Assembly: GCA_018240505.1 (NCBI GenBank)
Contig: JAFEFQ010000234.1
Coordinates: forward strand, 6,600-70,599
Length of the DNA stretch: 64,000 bases
Origin: Pseudomonadota bacterium
GTDB lineage: Bacteria > Pseudomonadota > Gammaproteobacteria > Xanthomonadales > Rhodanobacteraceae
Direction of reading: 5' to 3'
Both the position numbers and the translations under genes were made by a program. Position 1 is the first letter of the stretch, and every line of letters begins with the position of its first letter. Shown in pieces: positions 21,780-33,855 of the stretch. Under the pieces are notes generated by a model. It saw only the letters and a program-made list of their open reading frames with translations. It was not told the origin of the DNA and made no database searches.

Positions 21780-23179
21780 TCATTTCCGATGCGCCTGCAC
21801 TCGCTGCATTCCTGCCTCGGCAAGAAGGGCCAGAATCAGCGTCAACCCAACCAGTGGGTACAGAAGGCCAACGAGGATGAGTATCGTCAGCAGCCCGCGT
21901 TCTGCCTTCGGATCGAGTGGACGCGGGGGCATGCCCAGCGTTCGCGCCGGGCGGCGTTTCCACCACATCGTCACGCTGGTCACGGCAAGCACCACGATGG
22001 CGATGCAGCCGAGAAGCATGACGTAGCGGTTTACCCCGCCGTACTCCTGCCCCTGGTGCACGGCGATGCCCCATTCGATCGCTTTTGCGCCGACACCCCA
22101 CTGCGGAAAGCCCACATCCCCAAGAGCCTTCGCGGTGTACTGGTCCAGATAGATCGTGCGGCTGTCTTCGACCCGGTCCGGCCGGTAGTCGCCGACGAAG
22201 GCACCCTTCAATCCTTCCGGCAGGGTGACGGTGAACGGGCGCCTCAGGCCCATTCGTTCGAACTGCGCCAACGCGCGATCCAGCGAAGCGCCGTCAGGCG
22301 CGGTGGTATCGGATGTCAGCGTCGACTCCGGAACCGGTGCCTTCTCCAAGGCCCACGGACGGTCCGGTTTTACATCATCTGCGGGCATGTCCATACCCGG
22401 CATGCTCATGCCCGGCATATCCATCGCCAACATCCAACCCGGCGTCACCTTGACGGGCGGTGGCGGCTCGTACAAGTTCGCCGCGGCGACCCAGTTCTGC
22501 ACGTGATCGCCCCAGAACATCGACCAAGGCATCCCGGTCACGGCAAGGAACAGGATCACGACCGCCGTGAACGCGCCGGTGACGGCATGCAGGTCCCGCC
22601 AGAACATGCGCTGCGCGGGCCTGCCGCGCACGCGGAGGACTCCGCCGCCACGCCCGCGCGGCCACCACAGAAATACGCCGGTGCCGACCAGCACGATTGC
22701 CCAACCCGCGGCGATCTCCACGATGGAACTCGCCCAGAAGCCGAAGAGCTGCAGGCTGTGAAGCTTGCGCACCACCTGCATGATGCCACCGTAGTGAATG
22801 GCACCGAGCAAGCGGCCATCGTACGGATCGGCGAACGCGGACAGCGCTTGTCCGCTGTGCTCGCGCACGAGCAGGCGCACCGATTCGTCCGCCCGCTCGG
22901 ACAGCGTGAGCTGCAGCACCTTGCCGCCGAGCCCGCGTTCGACGTTCTCGACCAAGGTGGCGGCCGATACCCGCGGCGCGGTACGCGCCTGCACGTCCAC
23001 GAGCGGGCGATAGAGCAGATGATCGAGAGCTCGGGCTTGAACAGGTAAAGGCCACCGGTAACCGCGAGCAGCACGAGCACGGGCAGGACGAGCAGTCCGG
23101 CGACGAAATGCCAGCGCCATACGGCGCGATACAACGAACTTGCGCGTACCGCGTCGCCGGAGTCGGCAGCCCGCGTCAT
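21780..23179 (-). pseudogene. PepSY-associated TM helix protein with a 2-bp frameshift near the N-terminus (or an assembly error)
   Basis: LYRAVWRWHFVAGL..TGGLYLFKPEL in one frame continues as DHLLY..DPYDG..LH..WRDLH..VTGMPW..HQG in another; extra dinucleotide at GAGAG 23025-23029. Confidence 0.85.
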
Positions 23180-25302
23180 CGCAACTCCCAGCGCAGTCCC
23201 GCAAATGCACTGAACGGCGTACCGAGACGCAACGGCTCGAAGCCGCTGTTGTCGGCAACATAGCGGCGATCAGCAAGGTTTTCGATCCGCACGAAACCAC
23301 GCAGCGTCGACGTGAACGGATAGCTCACCGAGAGGTCGGCGACAAAGTGCGCATCCACCGGCAGCGTATTGTCGTTGTCGCCCCAACTCTGCGACAGCCA
23401 GCGTATTTGCGGAGCGATGGTCAAGCCGTTTGCCGCGGTGTAGGTCAGCCCCGCGCTGAGGCGATGACGGGGAATCCCGCCTTGCTGTTTTCCGACGCTG
23501 GCCGCATCGAGCCTGCTCTCGGTGATCGTGCTGTCGGCAAAGGTATACCCGGCGCGCAGACTCCATGCAGCGTCGACAGCCCAATCGGCTTCTCCCTCGA
23601 TGCCACGGCTGCGCGCACGGCCCGCATTGATGTTGCGCGTACCGAAGAAGAATCCGGGCGGAAGCTGGTTCGGCTCCAGCGGTGCGAACGTGATCAGGTT
23701 CTTGACCGTGTTCGTGTACGCGGTCACCTGCGTTCGCAATGCGCCGCGATTCACGTCGAAACCGATCTCGCCGCCGTTCAGTTCCTCGGGCTTCAGCGCG
23801 GGATTGCCGAAGAAGATGCCGGACGGCGTGGCAAACGCGCGATACAGGTTGTCCAGCGTCGGTGCGCGGAACGCCTTGTACGCCGCCGCACGCACGGCGA
23901 TCTCGTTCGTGGCCGCCCAGCGCAGCGAAAGACGCGGATCGACGCTGGACGCACTCTGATCGGGTACCGCGCCCAAGCCACCCGGGGCGCCGTCGAATGC
24001 ATCGAAGTTGTCGAACGACTGGTGGCGCGCGCTGGCCAGCAGCTCCAGCGGTTCGACAGGCCGCAGGCTGACCTGCGCGAATTCGCCGACGAAGCGCTGC
24101 TTGCCGCGGCCGATGTCCGTGCGGATTTGCGTTTCGGCGTCGTCGAATATGTAGGCGATGTCGCGACCGTCGATTTCGTGATAGTCCACACCGACCGACG
24201 CGGAGCGCAGCACGCCGGCGAACTCGTTCGACCACACGAGCGAGCCGCCGGTGTCGTGAACAGGTGTGAGGTGACGGTTCTGAACGAACTCAGCCTGCCC
24301 CGGTATTGCGCCCTGAGGCGTATCGGTGTTGTCGGTGCGGAAGTGACTGTCGTTGCGAAACGCCGTGGCCGTCAATCGACCCGCATTGCCGAGCTGTTGC
24401 GAGGCATCGGCGCTGTAGGTCCAGGTGCGTTGTGTGTTGAACGCGAGAACGCTGTTCAGATTCTGCTCGTTGCTGTGGAAGTCGATCCGTGTGTGCGCGA
24501 CCAGCGTGGAAATCGGCGAAAAGGTGCCGGCGAACGCCACGTTGTGCGCCGTGAAAGCGGTCGGCACGTTCACGGCACCGCGAATGTCCGCAGGCGCGGT
24601 GTTGAATCCGTCGGTGTGATTCGCGGAGGCTTCGATGCCAAGCTTCACCCCTTCGGAAACCGCGTAGGCAGCATACGCATCGGATCGCCACGTGCCGTAG
24701 CTGCCGGCGCCGGCCTGGGCCACGAGCGTGTCCTTGTCCGCTGCGCGAGTGAAGATGCTGATCACGCCGCCCATCGCATAGTTGCCCCACAGGGCGGCGC
24801 CCCCGCCGCGGACCACCTCCACGCGATCGACGCTCTCGAGCGGCACCCGGTTCCACTGCACGTAACCGAAGAACGGATCATTGAGCGGCACGCCATCGAG
24901 CAGGACCAGCGCCCGGATGCCGCCCAGACCGCGCATCGACACGTTGTCGGCGGTCGGGTGCAGTTGGTACGACGCGGAGATCGGGACGTCGAGGGATGGC
25001 ACCCGACGCAGTATGTCGTCGAGCGACTGCGCGGGCGTGTTCGCGATCTCCTCGCGCGTGATGACGCTGACGCTCGCCGGTACCTCGGAGAGTGCGCGGG
25101 CATCGCGCGTAGCGGTGACGACGACTTCTCCCAATGTCGTGGACCCTCCGTCTTCCAGCGCCAATGCCGCGCGCGGCAGCAAAGCCGTGCAGAACAGTAC
25201 AAATGCGCCGAAGGAATAGCAGCCCACTTCGAGCTTGTCGTTGCGCGCAGGCCGCACATCTTCCTGGTGCTGCTCGTCCGATATGCTGTGTGCCTCGGTC
25301 AT
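23176..25302 (-). CDS. TonB-dependent receptor
   Basis: EVVVTATR, LVLLDGVPLND, RVEVVRGG, FRAPTL..LY, GNP.LKPE, ENLAD, aromatic C-terminus; start uncertain. Confidence 0.93.
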   Translation of the reverse strand: MTEAHSISDEQHQEDVRPARNDKLEVGCYSFGAFVLFCTALLPRAALALEDGGSTTLGEVVVTATRDARALSEVPASVSVITREEIANTPAQSLDDILRRVPSLDVPISASYQLHPTADNVSMRGLGGIRALVLLDGVPLNDPFFGYVQWNRVPLESVDRVEVVRGGGAALWGNYAMGGVISIFTRAADKDTLVAQAGAGSYGTWRSDAYAAYAVSEGVKLGIEASANHTDGFNTAPADIRGAVNVPTAFTAHNVAFAGTFSPISTLVAHTRIDFHSNEQNLNSVLAFNTQRTWTYSADASQQLGNAGRLTATAFRNDSHFRTDNTDTPQGAIPGQAEFVQNRHLTPVHDTGGSLVWSNEFAGVLRSASVGVDYHEIDGRDIAYIFDDAETQIRTDIGRGKQRFVGEFAQVSLRPVEPLELLASARHQSFDNFDAFDGAPGGLGAVPDQSASSVDPRLSLRWAATNEIAVRAAAYKAFRAPTLDNLYRAFATPSGIFFGNPALKPEELNGGEIGFDVNRGALRTQVTAYTNTVKNLITFAPLEPNQLPPGFFFGTRNINAGRARSRGIEGEADWAVDAAWSLRAGYTFADSTITESRLDAASVGKQQGGIPRHRLSAGLTYTAANGLTIAPQIRWLSQSWGDNDNTLPVDAHFVADLSVSYPFTSTLRGFVRIENLADRRYVADNSGFEPLRLGTPFSAFAGLRWELR

Positions 25303-25454
25303 CGCTTTTCCTTGTTTCGCTAACAGGCTTCCGGCTGCTCGACGCAGATGACAAGGCGAGCCTGCGGGAATATGCATCCCTGATCGCAACCATCCGACGG
25401 CGCCTAGGAAGCGCGGGGCGGGAATTATCAGAAACAAACCAACACCCCTCGAAG

Positions 25455-25543
25455 ATGACCGAGTGTCGCATCCCCCCTATGTCATCATGTATGCGCAAAG
25501 GTTCAATGTTCCTTTCTGCGCGATCGATGCGACCCCACGTCGC
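25455..25543. promoter_or_regulatory. Two putative RegA/PrrA boxes
   Basis: GCGAC-N5-GTCGC at 25529-25543 and ATGAC-N5-GTCGC at 25455-25469, between the receptor and the regB-like gene. Confidence 0.55.
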
Positions 25544-25579
25544 GGTCGCGCGCGGCGCGATTCGTCGTAAATTAAACCG

Positions 25580-26833
25580 ATGAGCGATCTTCCCCCCAGT
25601 CTGTTGCGCAACCTCGCGATCCTGCGTTGGTTCGCCGTGATCGGCCAAGGCGTCACCGTCGTCCTCGCTGTCGATCTTCTCGGCGTACCGATCGAAACGC
25701 GCATGCTGTGGCCGGCCATCGGGCTGTTGTTCGTATTCAACGTGTGGGCGACCTGGCATGCCGCCCGCGCCAGCCGGTTCGACGAGTGGCAGGTTCTGGC
25801 TCAGATCGCGGTGGACGTCATCGTTCTCGCATGGTTGATCGGCTGGAGCGGCGGCGCCATGAACCCGTTCACGTCGTTGTTCCTGTTGCCGATCGCCATG
25901 GTCGCCATCGCATTGCCTCCGCGCTGGGTGGTTGCGACGGCGATCCTGTGCGGGGCGGGTTACGGCCTGTCAACCGCCTTGGGCCGACCGCTTCCGCATG
26001 TGCTTGGCGCGTTTGGAACGGCGCTCGATCTGCACCTGTGGGGCATGGCGGTCAATTTCATCATCTCCGCGATTCTCGTGACGCTGTTCCTGACGAGGCT
26101 CGCGCGCGGGTTGCGCGAGCGCGAAACGGAACTGGCGCGGTTGCGCGAGCAGTTCGCACGTCGCGAGGGTATTGTCGCGCTGGCGACGCATGCGGCTTCG
26201 GTCGCGCACGAACTCAATACGCCGCTCGGCGCACTGACCTTGCTGCTGGAGGACCAACTCGATCGGCAACGGCTCGGCGAAACGCCACAGTACGAGGACT
26301 GGCAAACGATGGCGACGCTGGTCAACGCGTGCCGCGACCGCGTACGCGAACTGGCTTTGCCTGCAAGCGGTGCCATGGAGGGATCGACGCTGACCGAATG
26401 CATCGACCGCGTCGTCGAACGCTGGCAACTGCTGCGCCCGACGATTGCGCTGGAACGCAGCGGCGTGGTCGAGGACTATCCCGGCGTGAGTCTCGATCCG
26501 GGCATCGGCCATCTGCTGCAGGCGCTGCTCAACAACGCCGCCGATGCAAGCGAGGCGGCTGACGAATCGCGGGTGAGCTTGCATATACGGACGAACGAGA
26601 GAGTGCTTTGTGGTGATGTGCGCGATTTTGGGCGCGGCTTCGATGCCGACAAGCCTTTGCTGCCGCGGCGTCTGTTCGACAGCAGCAAACCGGAGGGACT
26701 CGGCGTCGGTCTGGCCCTGTCCCACGCGACGGTCGAGCGCTTGAACGGCGATCTGTCCATCCGGAACGCGGTCGGGGGTGGAACCCGGGTGAGCTTCCGA
26801 TTGCCCTTGACCCACGAAGGGGTTCCGCAATGA
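25580..26833 (+). CDS. RegB/PrrB-family sensor histidine kinase
   Basis: LRW, SGGxxNPF, HLWGM, AHELNTPL, LLNNAADA, GLGVGL. Confidence 0.9.
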   Translation: MSDLPPSLLRNLAILRWFAVIGQGVTVVLAVDLLGVPIETRMLWPAIGLLFVFNVWATWHAARASRFDEWQVLAQIAVDVIVLAWLIGWSGGAMNPFTSLFLLPIAMVAIALPPRWVVATAILCGAGYGLSTALGRPLPHVLGAFGTALDLHLWGMAVNFIISAILVTLFLTRLARGLRERETELARLREQFARREGIVALATHAASVAHELNTPLGALTLLLEDQLDRQRLGETPQYEDWQTMATLVNACRDRVRELALPASGAMEGSTLTECIDRVVERWQLLRPTIALERSGVVEDYPGVSLDPGIGHLLQALLNNAADASEAADESRVSLHIRTNERVLCGDVRDFGRGFDADKPLLPRRLFDSSKPEGLGVGLALSHATVERLNGDLSIRNAVGGGTRVSFRLPLTHEGVPQ

Positions 26834-27372
26834 ACGGCCTGCTCGTCGACGACGATGAGGTTTATTCGCGCATATTGCAGCGTTCGCTCGAACGCCGCGG
26901 TGTCCGTTTGCGCATCGCGCCGAACATCGCCGCGGCGCTAGAACTGGCACGCGCCGAGGTGCCCGACTTCGCCTTGCTCGATCTCAAACTCAAGCAGGAA
27001 TCCGGACTCGCGCTGATTGCGCCGCTGCGCGCCTTGCGTGCGGACATGCAGATCATCCTGGTCACGGGTTACGCCAGCGTCGCGACCGCCGTCGATGCGA
27101 TCAAGCGCGGCGCCAACAACTACCTGCCCAAACCCGTCACTGCCGAAGCACTGCTGCGCGCGCTCGATGACGCGGACGATGTTCCCGAAGAACCGGAAAC
27201 GATGATGCCGCTCAGTCGCCTGGAGTGGGAACACATCGCCCAGGCCATGCAGGACTGCAACGGCAATATCTCCGCCGCCGCACGCCTGCTCGGCATGCAC
27301 CGCCGCTCGCTGCAACGCAAATTGGCCAAACGCCCTGGCCCGGAAAGAAATCAGATCAATCCGGCGGAATAG
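26830..27372 (+). CDS. RegA/PrrA-family response regulator
   Basis: Receiver domain plus LEWEHI..GNISAAARLLGMHRRSLQRKL. Confidence 0.93.
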   Translation: MNGLLVDDDEVYSRILQRSLERRGVRLRIAPNIAAALELARAEVPDFALLDLKLKQESGLALIAPLRALRADMQIILVTGYASVATAVDAIKRGANNYLPKPVTAEALLRALDDADDVPEEPETMMPLSRLEWEHIAQAMQDCNGNISAAARLLGMHRRSLQRKLAKRPGPERNQINPAE

Positions 27373-27428
27373 GACCGGGAGTGGACGTCGGGCGCGAACC
27401 GACCCAAGCAGACGACCGCTCGATGCCC

Positions 27429-28322
27429 TCACACGCGCAGCGCATCCAGCACCAGCCGGAACGCCGGCGAGGGTTGCCGGCGGCTTGGATAGTACAAGTG
27501 ATAACCCGGGAACGGCGGGCACCAGTTCCTGAGCACTTGCACCAACCTCCCCTCCACGATGTGCGGCGCGAACTCGTCCTCGGGCAGGAAGGCGACGCCG
27601 AGGCCATCGAGCGCTGCCGCCACGATGTGATGAGTCGCGGAGAACACCACCTGGCCCGCCACGCGCACGTTCTGCTCGCGGCCAGCGCGCTCGAATTCCC
27701 AGACATAGAGGCCGCCGTGGGTGGGGAAGCGGATGTTGATGCAACGATGGTCGACCAGGTCGCGTGGCGACTTCGGCAGCGGATGCCGAGCCCAGTAGTC
27801 GGGAGCAGCCACCGCCGCCATGCGCAGCCTGGGTCCGATCGGCACCGCGATCATGTCCTTGTCGATCGCCTCGCCGAAGCGGACGCCGGCGTCGAAGCGA
27901 TCGGCCACGATGTCGCGCAGTCCGTAATTGACATCGAATTCGATGTTGACGTCCGGATACGCGCGCATGATCGGCGTGAGCTTCGGCAACAGCGTGGTGC
28001 GCAGCACGTGGTCGCCGCTCGTGATGCGCACCGTGCCGGCGGGTTTGTCGCGCAACTCGGTGACGGCGTCGAGCTCCGCCTCGATCTCGTCGATGCGCGG
28101 GCCGATCGCGCGCATCAACCGCTCGCCGGCGGGCGTGGCCGCGACGCTGCGCGTGGTGCGCGTGAGCAGGCGGATGTCCATGCGCGACTCCAGTCCGTTC
28201 ACGGCCTGGCTCACGGCCGACTGGGTGACGCCCAACTGCGCGGCGGCACGGGTGAAGCTGCCCTCGCGGGCCACGGTGACGAAAGCGAGCAGGTCGTTGA
28301 GGCTGGTTCTGGTCTTGGCCAT
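27429..28322 (-). CDS. LysR-family regulator
   Basis: SFTRAAAQLGVTQSAVS, RTTRSV..T.AGE, DAGVRFGE, LYYPSRRQ. Confidence 0.95.
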   Translation of the reverse strand: MAKTRTSLNDLLAFVTVAREGSFTRAAAQLGVTQSAVSQAVNGLESRMDIRLLTRTTRSVAATPAGERLMRAIGPRIDEIEAELDAVTELRDKPAGTVRITSGDHVLRTTLLPKLTPIMRAYPDVNIEFDVNYGLRDIVADRFDAGVRFGEAIDKDMIAVPIGPRLRMAAVAAPDYWARHPLPKSPRDLVDHRCINIRFPTHGGLYVWEFERAGREQNVRVAGQVVFSATHHIVAAALDGLGVAFLPEDEFAPHIVEGRLVQVLRNWCPPFPGYHLYYPSRRQPSPAFRLVLDALRV

Positions 28323-28346
28323 GGTCGTAGTCTGGCAAATTTATTG

Positions 28347-29592
<1,246 letters not shown>

Positions 29593-29648
29593 AATCGACC
29601 CACGGCTGCGTTCGCCCGTGTGCGGCGCGGCTTGTTTTCCCGACCACC

Positions 29649-30857
29649 ATGCAAAACGACACCATGACCCTCCCGACAGGTGCCCAGGCCGGCACCGGAC
29701 CGAACGAAGTCGCGGCGCGACCCGCCCACTGGGGTGGCGTGTTCGCGATGACGCTGTGCGTGTTCGCGCTGATCGCATCCGAGTTCATGCCCGTCAGCCT
29801 GCTGACGCCGATGGCTGCCGACCTGCGCGTCAGCGAAGGCTGGGCGGGATACGGCATCGCCATCTCGGGCGCGTTCGCGGTGTTCACGAGCCTGTCCATC
29901 TCCGCCTTGGCCGGCAACATGAACCGCAAGACCCTGCTGCTGGGGTTGACCGGCCTGATGGCGGTTTCCGGCGCCGTCGTCGCGCTGGCACCGAACTACC
30001 TGATCTACATGGCGGGCCGCGCGCTCATCGGCATCGTGATCGGCGGCTTCTGGTCCATGTCCGCGGCCACAGCCATGCGTCTGGTGCCGGCCGCGCAGGT
30101 GCCGCGTGCCCTGGCCATCTTCAATGGCGGCAATGCGCTGGCCACGGTCATCGCCGCGCCGCTGGGCAGCTATCTGGGCTCGGTCATCGGCTGGCGCGGC
30201 GCATTCTTTTGCCTGGTGCCGGTAGCCGCCATCACCCTCGTCTGGCAGTGGATGAGCTTGCCGAACATGACCGCGGAGCGCGCGACGGGCTCCGGCAACG
30301 TGTTCCGCCTCCTCAAGAATCGATCGGTCGCGCTCGGCATGGCGGCCTGCGGCGCGTTCTTCATGGGGCAGTTCGCGTTGTTCACGTATGTGCGGCCATT
30401 CCTGGAAACAGTGGCGCACGTGAACGTGTCCACGCTGTCGCTGATCCTGCTCGGGATCGGCATGGCCGGTTTCATTGGCACCGCGCTGATCGGCACGTTC
30501 CTCCGACACGGCCTGTACCGCACGCTGATCGTTATCCCGATCCTGATGGCGGCCATTGCCGTGACCTTGATTCCGTTCGGCGCCTCGGTCGGCGTCGTCG
30601 CAGCTCTGCTGGTCGTGTGGGGCCTGCTGGCCACCTCGGCCCCGGTAGGCTGGTGGAGCTGGATCGCGCAGGCCCTGCCCAAAGATGCCGAAGCAGGCGG
30701 CGGGTTGATGGTGGCGGTGATCCAGCTGGCCACCGCCCTGGGTTCCACCGTGGGCGGGGTGCTGTTCGACAGCAGCGGCTACGAGAGCACCTTCGTGGCA
30801 AGCGCGATCGTGTTGCTGCTCGCGGCCTTGCTGTCCCTGCTGACTTCGCGAGCATAA
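29649..30857 (+). CDS. MFS transporter (NepI/DHA1-like)
   Basis: SEFMPVSLL, GR..IG..IGGFWS, GWR, FTYVRPFLE; about 12 TM segments. Confidence 0.92.
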   Translation: MQNDTMTLPTGAQAGTGPNEVAARPAHWGGVFAMTLCVFALIASEFMPVSLLTPMAADLRVSEGWAGYGIAISGAFAVFTSLSISALAGNMNRKTLLLGLTGLMAVSGAVVALAPNYLIYMAGRALIGIVIGGFWSMSAATAMRLVPAAQVPRALAIFNGGNALATVIAAPLGSYLGSVIGWRGAFFCLVPVAAITLVWQWMSLPNMTAERATGSGNVFRLLKNRSVALGMAACGAFFMGQFALFTYVRPFLETVAHVNVSTLSLILLGIGMAGFIGTALIGTFLRHGLYRTLIVIPILMAAIAVTLIPFGASVGVVAALLVVWGLLATSAPVGWWSWIAQALPKDAEAGGGLMVAVIQLATALGSTVGGVLFDSSGYESTFVASAIVLLLAALLSLLTSRA

Positions 30858-30902
30858 TTGCGGCAAGCTGTCTGAGCGGCGCACCTGTCAAGGAACTGTG
30901 CG

Positions 30903-31385
30903 ATGACCTTGTGTTCCCGTCGTTCCATCGGCTTGGTACTGGGCCTCTTGGTGCTGAGCATAGGTAGCGCCAGCCAGCCCGAGGCGCCTGTCGCTGTTGC
31001 CCAGGATGCCGCGGTGGCATCCGCCAACCCGGAGAAAGCCAATATGTGGATGACCGTCGGCGAACACCGCTTCGCCATCACCTTGGCCGACACCGACGCC
31101 GCCCGGGCGTTCGCCACCCGGTTCCCGTTGACGCTGGACATGGCCGAGCTCAACGGCAACGAAAAGCATGTCGACTTGCCGAAGGCACTGCCCACCGACG
31201 CCAGCCGGCCCGGGACGATCCACAACGGCGATCTGATGCTCTACGGGTCGAGCACGGTGGTAGTTTTCTACGAGACATTCCGTTCGTCTTATTCCTACAC
31301 GCGTCTGGGTCGAGTGGAAGATCCCGTCGACCTCGCTCGGGTACTTGGCCGACGCAGTGTCCGCGTGGTGTTTTCGAAAGACTAG
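30903..31385 (+). CDS. Cyclophilin-like fold protein
   Basis: LNGNEK, GDLMLYG, FY..F.S.YSYTRLG; N-terminal signal. Confidence 0.85.
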   Translation: MTLCSRRSIGLVLGLLVLSIGSASQPEAPVAVAQDAAVASANPEKANMWMTVGEHRFAITLADTDAARAFATRFPLTLDMAELNGNEKHVDLPKALPTDASRPGTIHNGDLMLYGSSTVVVFYETFRSSYSYTRLGRVEDPVDLARVLGRRSVRVVFSKD

Positions 31386-31460
31386 GCTCGATACGGATCG
31401 TCACCGCGCGAACGCATTGCGGGAGCGTGCCTTGCGCGCCCCCGCGTTGCGCAAAAAAAC

Positions 31461-31487
31461 CTATCCCGCTCTCGCGGGAATGACGGC
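31461..31487 (-). repeat. REP-like palindrome
   Basis: The minus strand reads GCCGTCATTCCCGCGAGAGCGGGATAG, the GTCATTCCCGC-N4-GCGGGA type of repeat. Confidence 0.65.
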
Positions 31488-31507
31488 AAAGGAAGCCTCG
31501 AAGAGGC

Positions 31508-32095
31508 CTACAACCCGGCGATATGCACTGCGTGCCTGGGCTTGGAGATCGGGCCGGGTACCGTATTGGCGCGCATCTGTTTCAACTCCGCGGCGTCGTG
31601 GAAGTCGACGTATGGCGTCAGGTCGAGGTTGTCCGGCACCTTGCTGAGTTTTTCGTCGCCGATCGCCTTGATGTATTCCTCCATGAATTCGTTGTAGGCG
31701 TCCCAGGTGATGCCCTCGGCGCGTACCGCGGCCTGTTCGGCGTGCAAGGCGATCTGGTGCGAAGTCAGATAGTGCATGCCGAGCAACTGGATCAGCGACT
31801 TCTCCACCGCCTCGTGCACGATCAGGAAACGGTCGGTGTACACGCGCCGTTTGCGGTAGACGAAGCTCTTCGGCATGTGCCGGTCGATGAAGATCGTATG
31901 CCCGTCGAGGCTGTAGCCGGCAAGGTAGGGAATGTCGTAGCCGCGCTCGAGATTCACGCGCGCGATGATGGACTTCATCGCCTTGTCCATCATCGACCTG
32001 CCGATCACCCATTCGGGCCAGTGCGATTTGTTCTGCTTCTTCGTATCGGGCGCGAGCGCCTTGTGGAATTTCGGGTGACGTCTGGTGCCGTGCAT
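31508..32095 (-). CDS. Hypothetical protein with HExxE...H motif
   Basis: Strong RBS GGAGGAGG; host-like codon use; IPYLAGYS.DG..IFIDR, HEAVE, HQIA..AE. Confidence 0.8.
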   Translation of the reverse strand: MHGTRRHPKFHKALAPDTKKQNKSHWPEWVIGRSMMDKAMKSIIARVNLERGYDIPYLAGYSLDGHTIFIDRHMPKSFVYRKRRVYTDRFLIVHEAVEKSLIQLLGMHYLTSHQIALHAEQAAVRAEGITWDAYNEFMEEYIKAIGDEKLSKVPDNLDLTPYVDFHDAAELKQMRANTVPGPISKPRHAVHIAGL

Positions 32096-32176
32096 GGTTC
32101 CCCTCCTCCTCCGCATCGACTGGGAATCGCAGCCTAGCTCAGGCTTTGTTGAAATTTCCCAATCCGCCGTGATCGC

Positions 32177-32701
<525 letters not shown>

Positions 32702-33715
32702 TCAAAACCCTTCGAGCACGATCTTGCCACGCGAGCCGCCGCTTTCGAGCAGCGCGTGCGCGCGCTTGAGGTTGGCCGCGTTGATCGCGCCGAAGCGCTC
32801 GGCGACGGTGGAGCGGATCACGCCGCGGTCGACGAGCTGCGCGATGCGGCGCAGGATCTCGCCCTGGCGCGCGAACTGCGGCGTGCGGAACGTCGAACGC
32901 GTGAACATCGACTCCCAGTGCAGCGACAACGACTTGCGCTTGAACGCGAGCACGTCGAGCGATTTCGGATCATCGATCAGCGCAAACTGGCCTTCCGCTT
33001 CGAGAATGTCGACGAGCTGGCCGAGATAGTCGTCGGTGTGCGTGATGCCGATCGCGGCACTGACCTGCCCTATGCCGATCGCCTTCAAGCCCTCGGCCAG
33101 CGGCTTGGCGTGATCGATCACGTGATGCGCGCCGAGCTCGCGCACCCAGTCGCGCGTCGCGTCGCGCGACGCCGTGCCGATCACGGTCCAGCCGGTCAGC
33201 CGGCTCGCCAGTTGCACGAGGATCGAGCCGACTCCGCCGCCCGCGCCGATCACGAGCAGCGTGTTGTCGCGCGTCGGATCGGCGGTCTGCACCTTGAGCC
33301 GGTCGAACAGCAGTTCCCAGGCGGTGACCGAAGTCAGCGGCAGCGCGGCCGCGGCGGCATAGCCCAGACTGGCCGGCATCGGCCCGACGATGCGCTCGTC
33401 GACCAGTTGCAGTTCGCTGTTGCTGCCCGCGCGGGTCACGTCGCCCGCGTAACAGACCCGGTCGCCCGGTTTGAATTTGCTCGTCTTCGCCCCGGTCGCG
33501 CGCACGATGCCGGCCGCGTCCCAGCCGAGGATGCGCGGCTGGCCGTCGGTCGACGCCGCGCGCATGCGCACCTTCGTGTCGATCGGGTTGACCGAAACGG
33601 CCTTGACCTCGACGAGCAGGTCGAAATCGCCCGGCACGGGTTCGCCGACCTCGAGGTCGAGCAGCGCTTCCTCATGGCCGATCGGCAGCGATTGGAAATA
33701 GCCTGTGGCTTTCAT
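32702..33715 (-). CDS. Zinc-binding alcohol dehydrogenase family protein (quinone oxidoreductase-like)
   Basis: AVSVNPIDTK, LGWDAAG, GAGGGVGS, LHWESMFTR. Confidence 0.93.
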   Translation of the reverse strand: MKATGYFQSLPIGHEEALLDLEVGEPVPGDFDLLVEVKAVSVNPIDTKVRMRAASTDGQPRILGWDAAGIVRATGAKTSKFKPGDRVCYAGDVTRAGSNSELQLVDERIVGPMPASLGYAAAAALPLTSVTAWELLFDRLKVQTADPTRDNTLLVIGAGGGVGSILVQLASRLTGWTVIGTASRDATRDWVRELGAHHVIDHAKPLAEGLKAIGIGQVSAAIGITHTDDYLGQLVDILEAEGQFALIDDPKSLDVLAFKRKSLSLHWESMFTRSTFRTPQFARQGEILRRIAQLVDRGVIRSTVAERFGAINAANLKRAHALLESGGSRGKIVLEGF

Positions 33716-33855
33716 GGGGTTTTCCGATTCTCGAAAAGTCGTTCGCGACGCAGAAAGCACGCGGCGGCATATGCAAATTCCCGCGCGTTGTTGGCCGCGA
33801 TCGCCCGGCTGCATGAGTATGACTCACGCGAATAAGCGCTGCGATGCCTTGTGCG

